From: Pirellulales bacterium
GTDB lineage: Bacteria > Planctomycetota > Planctomycetia > Pirellulales > JAICIG01
Assembly: GCA_035252155.1 (NCBI GenBank)
Contig: DATFDL010000646.1
Location: forward strand, 1 to 48,509
Direction of reading: 5' to 3'
DNA length: 48,509 bases
Shown here: piece by piece, positions 35,790 to 43,617 of the stretch
How positions within the stretch are numbered: position 1 is the stretch's first letter
How the letters are laid out: each line of letters starts with the position of its first letter
Program-made: the position numbers and the translations under genes
The notes under the pieces: model-generated
The model's input: the letters and a program-made list of their open reading frames with translations, nothing else
What the model was told of the DNA's origin: nothing
The model's database searches: none

Positions 35790-36845
35790 TTACCCGGCCG
35801 GCGCTTTGGCGTCTCTGCGAACCACCGATTCGCACCGCCCGAAGATCATGCGGCCGGCGCTGGTCTGCAAGACGCTGGTGACGGCGATCTTCACCAGCTT
35901 GTTCAAATGCTCGCGGCCCCCTTCGACCACGATCATCGTGCCATCGTCGAGATAGCCGATGCCTTGGCCCGGTTCCTCACCCGGCTTGACCAACTGCACT
36001 TCGAGCGATTCGCCTGGCAGAAAAATTGGCTTCAGCGCGTTGGCCAGGTCGTTCAGGTTGATGACGTCGACGCCATGCAGCCGAGCGACCTTGTTCAGAT
36101 TGTAGTCGTTGGTCACCACCTTGCCGTCCAGATGTTTGGCCAGCAGCACCAGCTTCAGATCGACCGGCTGGCCTTCGAACTCGGGCAGGTTGCGGTCGAA
36201 GATCTGCAAGTCGATGCCAGGGTTCGATCGCAGGCGATTGAGGATGTCGAGTCCGCGGCGTCCGCGGCTGCGGCGCAGGCGATCGGAACTGTCGGCGATC
36301 GCTTGCAGTTCGCCGAGTACAAATCGCGGCATGATCAATTGACTGTCGAGCACCTTGGTCTCGACCACGTCGGCAATGCGGCCGTCAATTACCACGCTGG
36401 TGTCGAGCACGAACGGCTTCAGTCCCTTCACTTCTTTCGAGAACTCGACGTACGGGATGACGAAGCGAAAGTCGTTGCGGGTCTGCATCAACAGACTGAT
36501 GCAGGTGTAGCAGAGCACCAGCGCCATCACCAGGCGGATGCACTCGCGCGGCCACGGGTTGAGCGGCATGACGGGCGAGATGGCCAAGCCGACCACATAC
36601 GACAAGAATAGCCCGACGATCAGCCCAAAGTAGACCGACGAAATCACATCAAGTGGCTTGTGCCGCGCGAGCGAATCGACTCCCACGACGATCGACGACA
36701 CCAGCATGACACCGACAAACACGGCCCACGGCAGCCAGACCGGCTCTTTGGGCATCTGGTCGGACTGGACCAGAGAGACGGCCAGCCCTCCGGCCACCAG
36801 AAAAAACAGCGACCGCAGTACAATCAACGACACCGGAGTTTTCAT
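35790..36845 (-). CDS. PIN/TRAM-domain integral membrane protein (YacL-like)
   Basis: Four N-terminal TM helices are followed by the PIN segment VLDTSVVIDGRI...VTNDYNLNKVA and the TRAM segment GESLEVQLVKPGEEPGQGIGYLDDGTMIVVEGG. Confidence 0.85.
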   Translation of the reverse strand: MKTPVSLIVLRSLFFLVAGGLAVSLVQSDQMPKEPVWLPWAVFVGVMLVSSIVVGVDSLARHKPLDVISSVYFGLIVGLFLSYVVGLAISPVMPLNPWPRECIRLVMALVLCYTCISLLMQTRNDFRFVIPYVEFSKEVKGLKPFVLDTSVVIDGRIADVVETKVLDSQLIMPRFVLGELQAIADSSDRLRRSRGRRGLDILNRLRSNPGIDLQIFDRNLPEFEGQPVDLKLVLLAKHLDGKVVTNDYNLNKVARLHGVDVINLNDLANALKPIFLPGESLEVQLVKPGEEPGQGIGYLDDGTMIVVEGGREHLNKLVKIAVTSVLQTSAGRMIFGRCESVVRRDAKAPAG

Positions 36846-37009
36846 CGATCCCGTTCCGCAACCAGCCAGCCCCCCCTCGTCCTTATGACACGGGAACGAT
36901 TATACCATTCCAATGGGCGGGTGCCCAGAAAGGTAGGATAACCCTCGCTCGGGCATGTGCCGCGGGTAAGACCAGCCCCACCGAACAAGTCGCGGGCGCG
37001 TCTGCCAAC

Positions 37010-38161
37010 TTACTTCGAATTCTCGTAGGTCGGTCCGTTGATGTCTGAATCGGCCAGGATGAGGTGCTCGACCGTCAGTTTCGGTTCGCTGCTATTGCCG
37101 TCGGCGCGGGCAGTCTGCGGCGTATAGCGGACGTATTTCCGCTTAAAGGGATCGTAAAAGGCGTCGCCCTTCTGAAAGATCGGCCGATACTCAGTCATCT
37201 CGCCGAACCAGGCCGGGCCGAGTACCTGGGCGGGAATCCAGTGCCCCTTGCCGTGCGAGTCGCGCAAGTAAAACTCAGGATAATTGTGCCCCTCGACCCA
37301 CACGCTGCGGGCCACCACACCCGATAGCCGGCACATGCTGACAAACAGCGCGCTCATCTCTTCGCAATCGCCGCAATGCTGCTCAAGTGCGAACAAGGCG
37401 CCGCGGAAATCGCCGTTTTCAAATTCGACGTTGTCGCGCGTCCACTGCCAGAACCCTTTGACCATTTCCCAGGGACCATCGGCGGCGTGCTGTTTTTCCA
37501 GCTCGTCGGCAAGCTTGACGATCTTGGGGTGCTTCATTTCCAGCCCCGGCGGCTGGCGGGAGTATTGATCGCGCACGTCGGCCGGCGGGCCTTTGGCAAA
37601 TTCGAGGGTGTCGCCCGGCAGAGTGAATTGCATCCGCCAGCGGGTAATTTCATAGAGCAGCTCAACCGAGGCTGATTCGCCCGCTTCGATGCGGGGAATT
37701 TGGAATTTCATCGTCGCGCATTGGCCGCGTTTGATCTGCTCGCGATATTTGCCTCCCTCGGTAAATTTGCGGCTGAGCAAGCGCACTTTCTGTTCGTGCC
37801 AGTCCATAGGAATGGGAGCGACGACCGCCACGTTTTTACAGGCGGTCTCTTTTGGCGCTGTCACGCGCACGACCATCTTGAGTTGGTAGGTCCGCGGCGC
37901 GGTCAGTTCGATCGCCGGATCGGCCGATGGCCGACTTGCTCCACCCCGCTGGGCCTCGGCGGCTTCGTCGCCCTCGGACTCGCCTTCCGTCTTTTCCGGC
38001 GCGGCGGCGGTCGAGAGAGAGTCGGAGGAATTTCGGGCGGCGACTTTGGCGACTCGGGCGGTTTGCTTGGTAGAACCGTCTTTGGCCTGACAGACGGCCG
38101 CGGCCGCCAGCAGGAAGGCGCCGGCCACAAAGAGAAAAGGATGGTTTCGCATCAACGGCAT
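37010..38161 (-). CDS. Secreted transglutaminase-like domain protein
   Basis: There is a signal peptide. The Cys core HCGDCEEMSALFVSMCRLSGVVARSV is followed by EGHNYPEFYL. Confidence 0.8.
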   Translation of the reverse strand: MPLMRNHPFLFVAGAFLLAAAAVCQAKDGSTKQTARVAKVAARNSSDSLSTAAAPEKTEGESEGDEAAEAQRGGASRPSADPAIELTAPRTYQLKMVVRVTAPKETACKNVAVVAPIPMDWHEQKVRLLSRKFTEGGKYREQIKRGQCATMKFQIPRIEAGESASVELLYEITRWRMQFTLPGDTLEFAKGPPADVRDQYSRQPPGLEMKHPKIVKLADELEKQHAADGPWEMVKGFWQWTRDNVEFENGDFRGALFALEQHCGDCEEMSALFVSMCRLSGVVARSVWVEGHNYPEFYLRDSHGKGHWIPAQVLGPAWFGEMTEYRPIFQKGDAFYDPFKRKYVRYTPQTARADGNSSEPKLTVEHLILADSDINGPTYENSK

Positions 38162-38286
38162 TTCAACAAGACCATTCCGGGTATCTGGGCAACATACATA
38201 GTATGTTAAGGCTGGGCCAGCTTGTCAAAAAACAGGGACGACCGGTAGCCTGAGAATCGAGTTGCGGAACGCCGAACTTAGACGAG

Positions 38287-38337
38287 CCCGAAGCGCCAGC
38301 CGGGAAAATCAGGCCACGTCATCGCTTGCGCTTCGGG
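38287..38337. repeat. Inverted copy of the CCCGAAGCGC...GCGCTTCGGG hairpin repeat
   Basis: The reverse complement reads AACCCGAAGCGCAAGCGATGACGTGGCC...CTGGCGCTTCGGG, matching the core of 19247-19310. Confidence 0.6.
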
Positions 38338-38457
38338 TTTGTGGCGGGCGACCAACTCGCTCTTCGGACGCCACCGGCCGTCTTACTAGCCATTCGGCCT
38401 TGCCACATTGCGGGGCGGCTTCTACAGTCACCCATCTGACCACGGAAGGAGCCGCTC

Positions 38458-39459
38458 ATGACGCAGGATGTCGTTTGCGAAGAGCCGGCGCCGGCATGCG
38501 CCCAGCCGCGAAGGGCCGGCGCCGGTGAGCTTTGGCAGGAACGGTTTTACTTCAATTTCGACAAGCCCCGCGCGCGCCACCGGCCCAGAGCGGCGTTGGC
38601 CGCGCTGCGGCCGCACCAGTGGGTCAAGAATCTGCTGGTGCTGCTGCCGCTCTTTTTGGCCCATCAAGTGAATCCGTTGGCCCGGCTGTGGCCGGTTTTG
38701 GCAGCGCTGGCCGCGTTTTGTTGTGCGGCTTCGAGTGTTTATCTGCTGAACGACGTGATCGACATCGAGGCCGACCGGCGCCACGCCACCAAGCGCCGCC
38801 GACCAATCGCGTCGGGCGAATTGTCGCCCAACTTCGGCCTGACGCTATCCGCGATCGCCGGCGCGGCAGGCTTCGCGCTGGCCTCCACGTGCGTCTCGAT
38901 GCCTTTCGTCGGGATGCTGGCTCTTTACGGGGCGCTAGCAACGGTGTATTCGTTGTTCGTCAAACGTCAACTTCTGCTCGACGTGATCTTGTTGGCTGGG
39001 CTTTACACACTGCGGATCGCGGCGGGAGCGGTCGCCGCGCGTGTGCCGCTTTCGCCCTGGTTGGCCGCCTTTGCCATGTTTTTCTTCTTCAGTTTGGCGC
39101 TGGGCAAGCGCTACATCGAGCTCCGCCGAACGACTGGGGGCGGACAGCCGCTGCCGACGGGTCGCGGTTACCGGGCCGACGACGCTCACTTGCTCGAGAG
39201 CCTCGGCCCGGCGAGCGGCTTTCTGGCGGTGCTGGTGTTTTATCTTTATATCGACAGCGATGCGGTGGCGGCGCTCTACCATCGTGCCTGGTTGTTGTGG
39301 GCCGTTTGCCCGGTGTTGCTCTACTGGGTCACGCGCTTTTGGCTCTTGGCGCGGCGTGACGAAGTTCACGACGACCCGGTGGTGTTTGCCTTGAAAGACC
39401 GGGCCAGCTTGGCCTCGATTGCGCTCACCGCCGCGCTGGTGTGGGCAGCCTCGGCTTAG
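38458..39459 (+). CDS. UbiA-family prenyltransferase, decaprenyl-phosphate phosphoribosyltransferase-like
   Basis: GGAAGGAG lies upstream. The motifs are RPHQWVKNLLVLLPLF and the Asp-rich LLNDVIDIEADRRH..KRRRPIASG, within about 8 TM helices. Confidence 0.85.
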   Translation: MTQDVVCEEPAPACAQPRRAGAGELWQERFYFNFDKPRARHRPRAALAALRPHQWVKNLLVLLPLFLAHQVNPLARLWPVLAALAAFCCAASSVYLLNDVIDIEADRRHATKRRRPIASGELSPNFGLTLSAIAGAAGFALASTCVSMPFVGMLALYGALATVYSLFVKRQLLLDVILLAGLYTLRIAAGAVAARVPLSPWLAAFAMFFFFSLALGKRYIELRRTTGGGQPLPTGRGYRADDAHLLESLGPASGFLAVLVFYLYIDSDAVAALYHRAWLLWAVCPVLLYWVTRFWLLARRDEVHDDPVVFALKDRASLASIALTAALVWAASA

Positions 39460-39497
39460 CGGTCAATAGTGTATTGATGTATGGAACGAATGCGGCA

Positions 39498-39688
39498 GGG
39501 TGCCACGGCATCCGTCGCAGCGCGAATGGACCTCGCGATATGCAGACGCGCCGCCGCTGCGACGGACGCCGTGAGGGGCCGCCTTTACCGCCCGACTCTC
39601 GAATCGGCTCCGCACGGCGTCCGCCGCGGCGATTCACGGCGAGCGTTGGGTTGATACTAGCCGCGCCGCGGCGGATGCCGTGGCACCC
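39498..39688. mobile_element. 191-bp double-hairpin MITE-like element with ~27-bp terminal inverted repeats (copy 1)
   Basis: It starts GGGTGCCACGGCATCCGTCGCAGCGCG and ends CGCGCCGCGGCGGATGCCGTGGCACCC. A ~19-nt unit, CACGGCrTCCGyCGCrGCG, occurs four times in alternating orientation. No TSD was seen. Confidence 0.55.
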
Positions 39689-39735
39689 CAAAGCAATTTC
39701 GAAATAACAGCTTATACCATCAAACTCTTGCTTCG

Positions 39736-41145
39736 ATGAACTGCAGTCACGAGCCTCATTCCGGTTGGGGAAATTACCGTCGAGAGTGGTGCGCTGTTTA
39801 TCATCCGCAAACGGCGGCCGAAGCGATCGGCCTTGTTGCCGGGCGGAACAACCTGATTTCCCGCGGCCTGGGGCGTAGCTACGGCGATGCCGCAGTCAAT
39901 GGCCGCGGCGGCGTCGTCTCGCATCGGGCGATGAATCGACTGCTCTCGTTCGATGAAGCCACCGGCGTGCTCACCTGCGAGGCGGGGGTTTCGTTCGACG
40001 AGATCATCCGGTTTGCGTTGCCACGTGGTTTTTTTCCCTTGGTGACGCCGGGCACGCGCTTCGCCACCGTCGGCGGCGCGATTGCCGCCGACGTCCACGG
40101 CAAGAACCACCCGCGCGACGGCTCGTTCGCCGCCGCGCTCCTTGATTTTCGATTGTTGACTGCGACGGGCAAAGTGCTCGACTGTTCGCCGGAGCGAAAC
40201 TCGATCGCCTTCTGGACCACCGTCGGCGGCATGGGGCTGACCGGCGCGGTGCTTGACGCACGGCTCCGCTTGCGGCCGGTAGCAACCGGGTATATGACGG
40301 TCGAACACCAACGGACCCGCAGCCTCGAAGAAACGCTCGACGAGTTCAAATGCGGCGGCCGGTTTACATACTCCGTCGCCTGGCTCGATTGCCTCACCGG
40401 CGGCCGAGCGGTGTTGACGCACGCCGAACATACACCCACCGATCAATTGCAGGCGCATCGGTCCGGCGAACCGTTGTCGCCGCGGCACCGTCGCTCGGCA
40501 AGTATTCCGTACAATCTGCCCGCGGGTCTCATGAACCGTTGGACCGCTCGGGCGTTGGGCGCGATCTATTATCGTTGCCCTCGCAGACGGCGCGCGATTG
40601 TCCCGTACCAGGCATTCTTTTATCCACTCGACGCCGTCGCGCACTGGAACCGCCTCTACGGCCGCCGCGGGCTCTTGCAGTATCAAGCCGTGTTTCCGAC
40701 GGCCACCGCCCGGAACGGGCTCAACTCACTGCTGCGAGAAATCGCCCGCTCACGGGAGGCGCCTCTGCTGGCAGTCCTCAAACGATTCGGGTCGGCCAAC
40801 GAGGGGCTACTCTCGTTTCCGATGCCGGGATTTACGCTCTCGGTCGATTTTCCCAATACCGGTGCCGGGCTGGCCGAGCTGCTAATGCGCCTGGACGAGT
40901 TGGTCATTGACTGCGGTGGGCGAGTCTATCTGGCCAAGGATGCTCGCTTGCCGCGGGCGGCGTTCGAACAAATGTATCCCCGCGCGGCTGAGTTTCGCCA
41001 GGTCAAGCGCGAGCTTGACCCGCACGGTCAGTTCGCTTCGTCCCTGGGGCGACGGCTCGGGCTCACTTGTAAAGCCCGTACGGTGGGCATCGCCCACCAT
41101 GAATTTATGGTGGGCGATGCCCACCCTACGATTCTGCAATCCTGA
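39736..41145 (+). CDS. FAD-binding oxidoreductase, DprE1-like (decaprenylphosphoryl-ribose 2'-oxidase family)
   Basis: The PCMH-type FAD domain carries NLISRGLGRSYGDAAVN and TVGGAIAADVHGKNH. The last ~20 codons are supplied by a dispersed repeat. Confidence 0.85.
   Translation: MNCSHEPHSGWGNYRREWCAVYHPQTAAEAIGLVAGRNNLISRGLGRSYGDAAVNGRGGVVSHRAMNRLLSFDEATGVLTCEAGVSFDEIIRFALPRGFFPLVTPGTRFATVGGAIAADVHGKNHPRDGSFAAALLDFRLLTATGKVLDCSPERNSIAFWTTVGGMGLTGAVLDARLRLRPVATGYMTVEHQRTRSLEETLDEFKCGGRFTYSVAWLDCLTGGRAVLTHAEHTPTDQLQAHRSGEPLSPRHRRSASIPYNLPAGLMNRWTARALGAIYYRCPRRRRAIVPYQAFFYPLDAVAHWNRLYGRRGLLQYQAVFPTATARNGLNSLLREIARSREAPLLAVLKRFGSANEGLLSFPMPGFTLSVDFPNTGAGLAELLMRLDELVIDCGGRVYLAKDARLPRAAFEQMYPRAAEFRQVKRELDPHGQFASSLGRRLGLTCKARTVGIAHHEFMVGDAHPTILQS
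41082..41125. repeat. Perfect 19-bp-stem hairpin of the GGTGGGC..GCCCACC family inside the 3' end of the DprE1-like CDS
   Basis: The hairpin reads GGTGGGCATCGCCCACCAT-gaattt-ATGGTGGGCGATGCCCACC. It encodes VGIAHHEFMVGDAHP. Confidence 0.75.
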
Positions 41146-41164
41146 CTGCGAGGGGGAGCGACCG

Positions 41165-41629
41165 ATGATTTTAGACTTGGTTTCCAATGCATCGCGTTGT
41201 ACATCCCTGCATCCGGGCTTTGCCGCGGCGTTTGACTGGTTCGCTCGCATCGAGCCTGGACGCCTCGATCTCGGGCGACACGTGGTCGACGGCCAGCGGC
41301 TGTTCGCTCTCGTAGCGCGCGATCCGGGCAAAGGTCGCCAGGAGGCTCGGCTGGAATCGCATAGGCGGTTCATCGACATCCAGATTACGCTGGCGGGCCA
41401 AGAGGAAATCGGGCATCGTCCCTTGAGCGAGTGTCGGTCACCCGAAATTCCGTTCTTGCCCGACAACGACGTGGCGTTTTACGCCGAGCGGCCCGATAGT
41501 TGGCTGGCGTTGCCGCCGGGCCGGTTTGCCATTTTCTTTCCCGACGACGCCCACGCGCCACTGGCCGGTTCGGGCGAGTTGCACAAAGTGGTGGTCAAAG
41601 TGGCGGTGGATTGGGATCGCTTACCGTGA
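41165..41629 (+). CDS. YhcH/YjgK/YiaL-family (DUF386) beta-sandwich protein
   Basis: Start set at ATG 41165. The motifs are ESHRRFIDIQITLAGQEEIG and FAIFFPDDAHAPL. Confidence 0.8.
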   Translation: MILDLVSNASRCTSLHPGFAAAFDWFARIEPGRLDLGRHVVDGQRLFALVARDPGKGRQEARLESHRRFIDIQITLAGQEEIGHRPLSECRSPEIPFLPDNDVAFYAERPDSWLALPPGRFAIFFPDDAHAPLAGSGELHKVVVKVAVDWDRLP

Positions 41630-41637
41630 CGGCTGGC

Positions 41638-42549
41638 CTACACGACGCGCTCCGCCGCGGGCAGGCCCAGCGGCAGCGGATGAATGTCGGGATGCAGGGC
41701 GTTGGCGAGGATCTCGAGACTATCGACCAACCGTGGGCCGGGCCGGCTGAAATAGGCCGAACCATCGACCACATACACGCGGCGCCGCTGCACGCACGGC
41801 AGCTCGTGCCAGTGCGGCCGACTGGTTAATATCGGCAAGTCTTGTCGAGTTCGCTCGACATCGAAGCCGCAGCAGGCAATCAGCATTACCTCAGGTTGCC
41901 AAGAGACGATGGTTTCCCAAGCGGTGGTTTGCGACGGCAATCCACTGCGGCCCACACCTTCGACGCCACCTGCCAGCTCAACCAGCTCCGGCGTCCAATG
42001 CCCGGCCGAGAACGGCGGATCGATCCACTCCAACACCACCACGCGCGGCCGAGCGGCGGCTCCGGCGGAGCGCAGGGCGACCGCGTCGATCCTGCGGTGT
42101 AGCGCCGACGCAAGCTCCTCGCCACGCTCTGAAACGCCGGCCGCCTGCGCCACGAGGCGAATGCTCGCCAACACATCGGACAGCCGCGAGGCCTCGAGAT
42201 TGACTACCCGTGGCTTGCCCGGCAGCGAGCAGGCCGCTTGCCGGACTTCTTCTTCGGCAACCGCGCACACATCGCATAGCGCTTGCGTCAGAATGAGTTC
42301 GGGCCGCAGTCGTTCGAGCAGCGGCAGATCGAGGGTGTAAAGCGCGCCGCCGTCGGCCATTCGCTCGCGCACCTGGGCATCGATCTCCACGCTGGCAACA
42401 CCGGCTGGAATTAGCGACCGCGTCACCTTCGGCAGCCGCTGGACCTGGGGCGGATAATTGCATTCGTGCGAAACCGCCACCAACCGCTCGCGCAGCCCCA
42501 GCGCACAGGCAATTTCAGTAGCCGCGGGCAACAGTGAAACGATTCGCAT
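41638..42549 (-). CDS. BtuF/TroA-like periplasmic-binding-protein-fold protein (cobalamin/iron-complex binding type), no signal peptide seen
   Basis: Start set at ATG 42549 (MRIVSLLPAATEIACALGL..LVAVSHECNYP). The tracked extension runs into the MITE-like element. Confidence 0.75.
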   Translation of the reverse strand: MRIVSLLPAATEIACALGLRERLVAVSHECNYPPQVQRLPKVTRSLIPAGVASVEIDAQVRERMADGGALYTLDLPLLERLRPELILTQALCDVCAVAEEEVRQAACSLPGKPRVVNLEASRLSDVLASIRLVAQAAGVSERGEELASALHRRIDAVALRSAGAAARPRVVVLEWIDPPFSAGHWTPELVELAGGVEGVGRSGLPSQTTAWETIVSWQPEVMLIACCGFDVERTRQDLPILTSRPHWHELPCVQRRRVYVVDGSAYFSRPGPRLVDSLEILANALHPDIHPLPLGLPAAERVV

Positions 42550-42592
42550 CGAAACTGGTTCGTCGTGTTTTAGGAGTGGAAGGCTGTGCCCC

Positions 42593-42781
42593 GGGTGCCA
42601 CGGCATCCGTCGCAGCGCGAACGGCCTTGCCGTGCGCGCACGCGCCGTCGCTGCGACGGACGCCATGCGGATCTGCCCTCTGGCCCGATTTCAAGATCGG
42701 CCCCGCACGGCGTCCGCCGCGGCGATTTAAACCGCACGCCAATTCGACGCCAACCGCGCCGCGGCGGATGCCGTGGCACCC
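42593..42781. mobile_element. 189-bp double-hairpin MITE-like element (copy 2, same orientation as copy 1)
   Basis: It has the same termini and internal conserved blocks as 39498-39688. The two hairpin loops differ. Confidence 0.55.
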
Positions 42782-42816
42782 AATTGGTAACTGTCACGAC
42801 TCATGCTCGATGATTG

Positions 42817-43569
42817 CTAAATTCGTAATCGGCGGCCGGCCAGCACGTCGTCGACCATGGCCAAGAGATCGCGGCCGCCGCCTTGATAAATCGTTTCGCC
42901 GAGCATGTGCAACCGATCGCGATCAAGCCGTGGCTGGTTTCGCTTGACCATTTGAATAAAGTCTGAAGCGTCGAGATGCTGTTTCTCTTCTTCTCGATTG
43001 CGCGACGCCATCGCATTGAATTTCGAGGCGATCGCCATTTCAACGTTCGGCACCTGATGGCCGCTAGCGGCTTTCACGGAATTCTCGAAGACGCGCTCAT
43101 AAAGCCCAACAGGCCGCAGGACGTCGATCACCGGTTCCCGGCTGGCGGGGTCGAGAAACCGCGTCACCACGATCTGCTCGTCAATGGGCAGATCAGGGAA
43201 CCTTTGCGAGAGCGCCTTGATGGCCTTCTTGTGGTGCGTTTTGCGCACGACTACAGCGACGTCGCGAGTGGCCCGCGCTTGCTGCATCCATCCGCCGATG
43301 CCGTGCGCGCCGATCAACACAAAGCGTACGTCGGCCTCGGTCAGCGTTGCGACGACATCGAGAGCATCGATCATCAATCCGGCCTCGGGATACATCCGCG
43401 CGAAATAGTTCCCCAACGCGCGGCTGGCTTCCAGCGCCGCCTGATGGTCGACGGCTCGGTGAACGTCAATCGGCCAATCATGGCCGGCCCAGCGATCGTC
43501 ACCATCTGGTTCGATGGCGGTCGGCGGTCGCATCGACGGCTGCGTCAGGCTGTTCTTGCCGCGTTTCAC
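42817..43569 (-). CDS. Nucleotidyltransferase-fold protein (hypothetical; catalytic motif looks degenerate)
   Basis: Only the 3' third of the 745-aa tracked ORF is credible. GTG 43569 lies behind AGGAGGG; the alternative is ATG 43533. FVLIGAHGIGGW..ARATRDVAVVV resembles the GG..R.T.D.D NTase motif, but the second Asp is replaced. Confidence 0.6.
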   Translation of the reverse strand: MKRGKNSLTQPSMRPPTAIEPDGDDRWAGHDWPIDVHRAVDHQAALEASRALGNYFARMYPEAGLMIDALDVVATLTEADVRFVLIGAHGIGGWMQQARATRDVAVVVRKTHHKKAIKALSQRFPDLPIDEQIVVTRFLDPASREPVIDVLRPVGLYERVFENSVKAASGHQVPNVEMAIASKFNAMASRNREEEKQHLDASDFIQMVKRNQPRLDRDRLHMLGETIYQGGGRDLLAMVDDVLAGRRLRI

Positions 43570-43617
43570 AGGCCCTCCTATACTAGGATAACTGTACCAT
43601 CGTCGGGAGGCACGTCC

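Noticed and set aside
39681-39697. TGGCAC at the termini of the double-hairpin elements (39681, 42774 and the minus strand at 39500/42595) as sigma-54 promoters ~45 nt before start codons
   Set aside because: The downstream GC dinucleotide is 1-2 nt out of register with the TGGCACG-N4-TTGCW spacing, and no TTGC is present. This contrasts with the exact match at 18682-18697.
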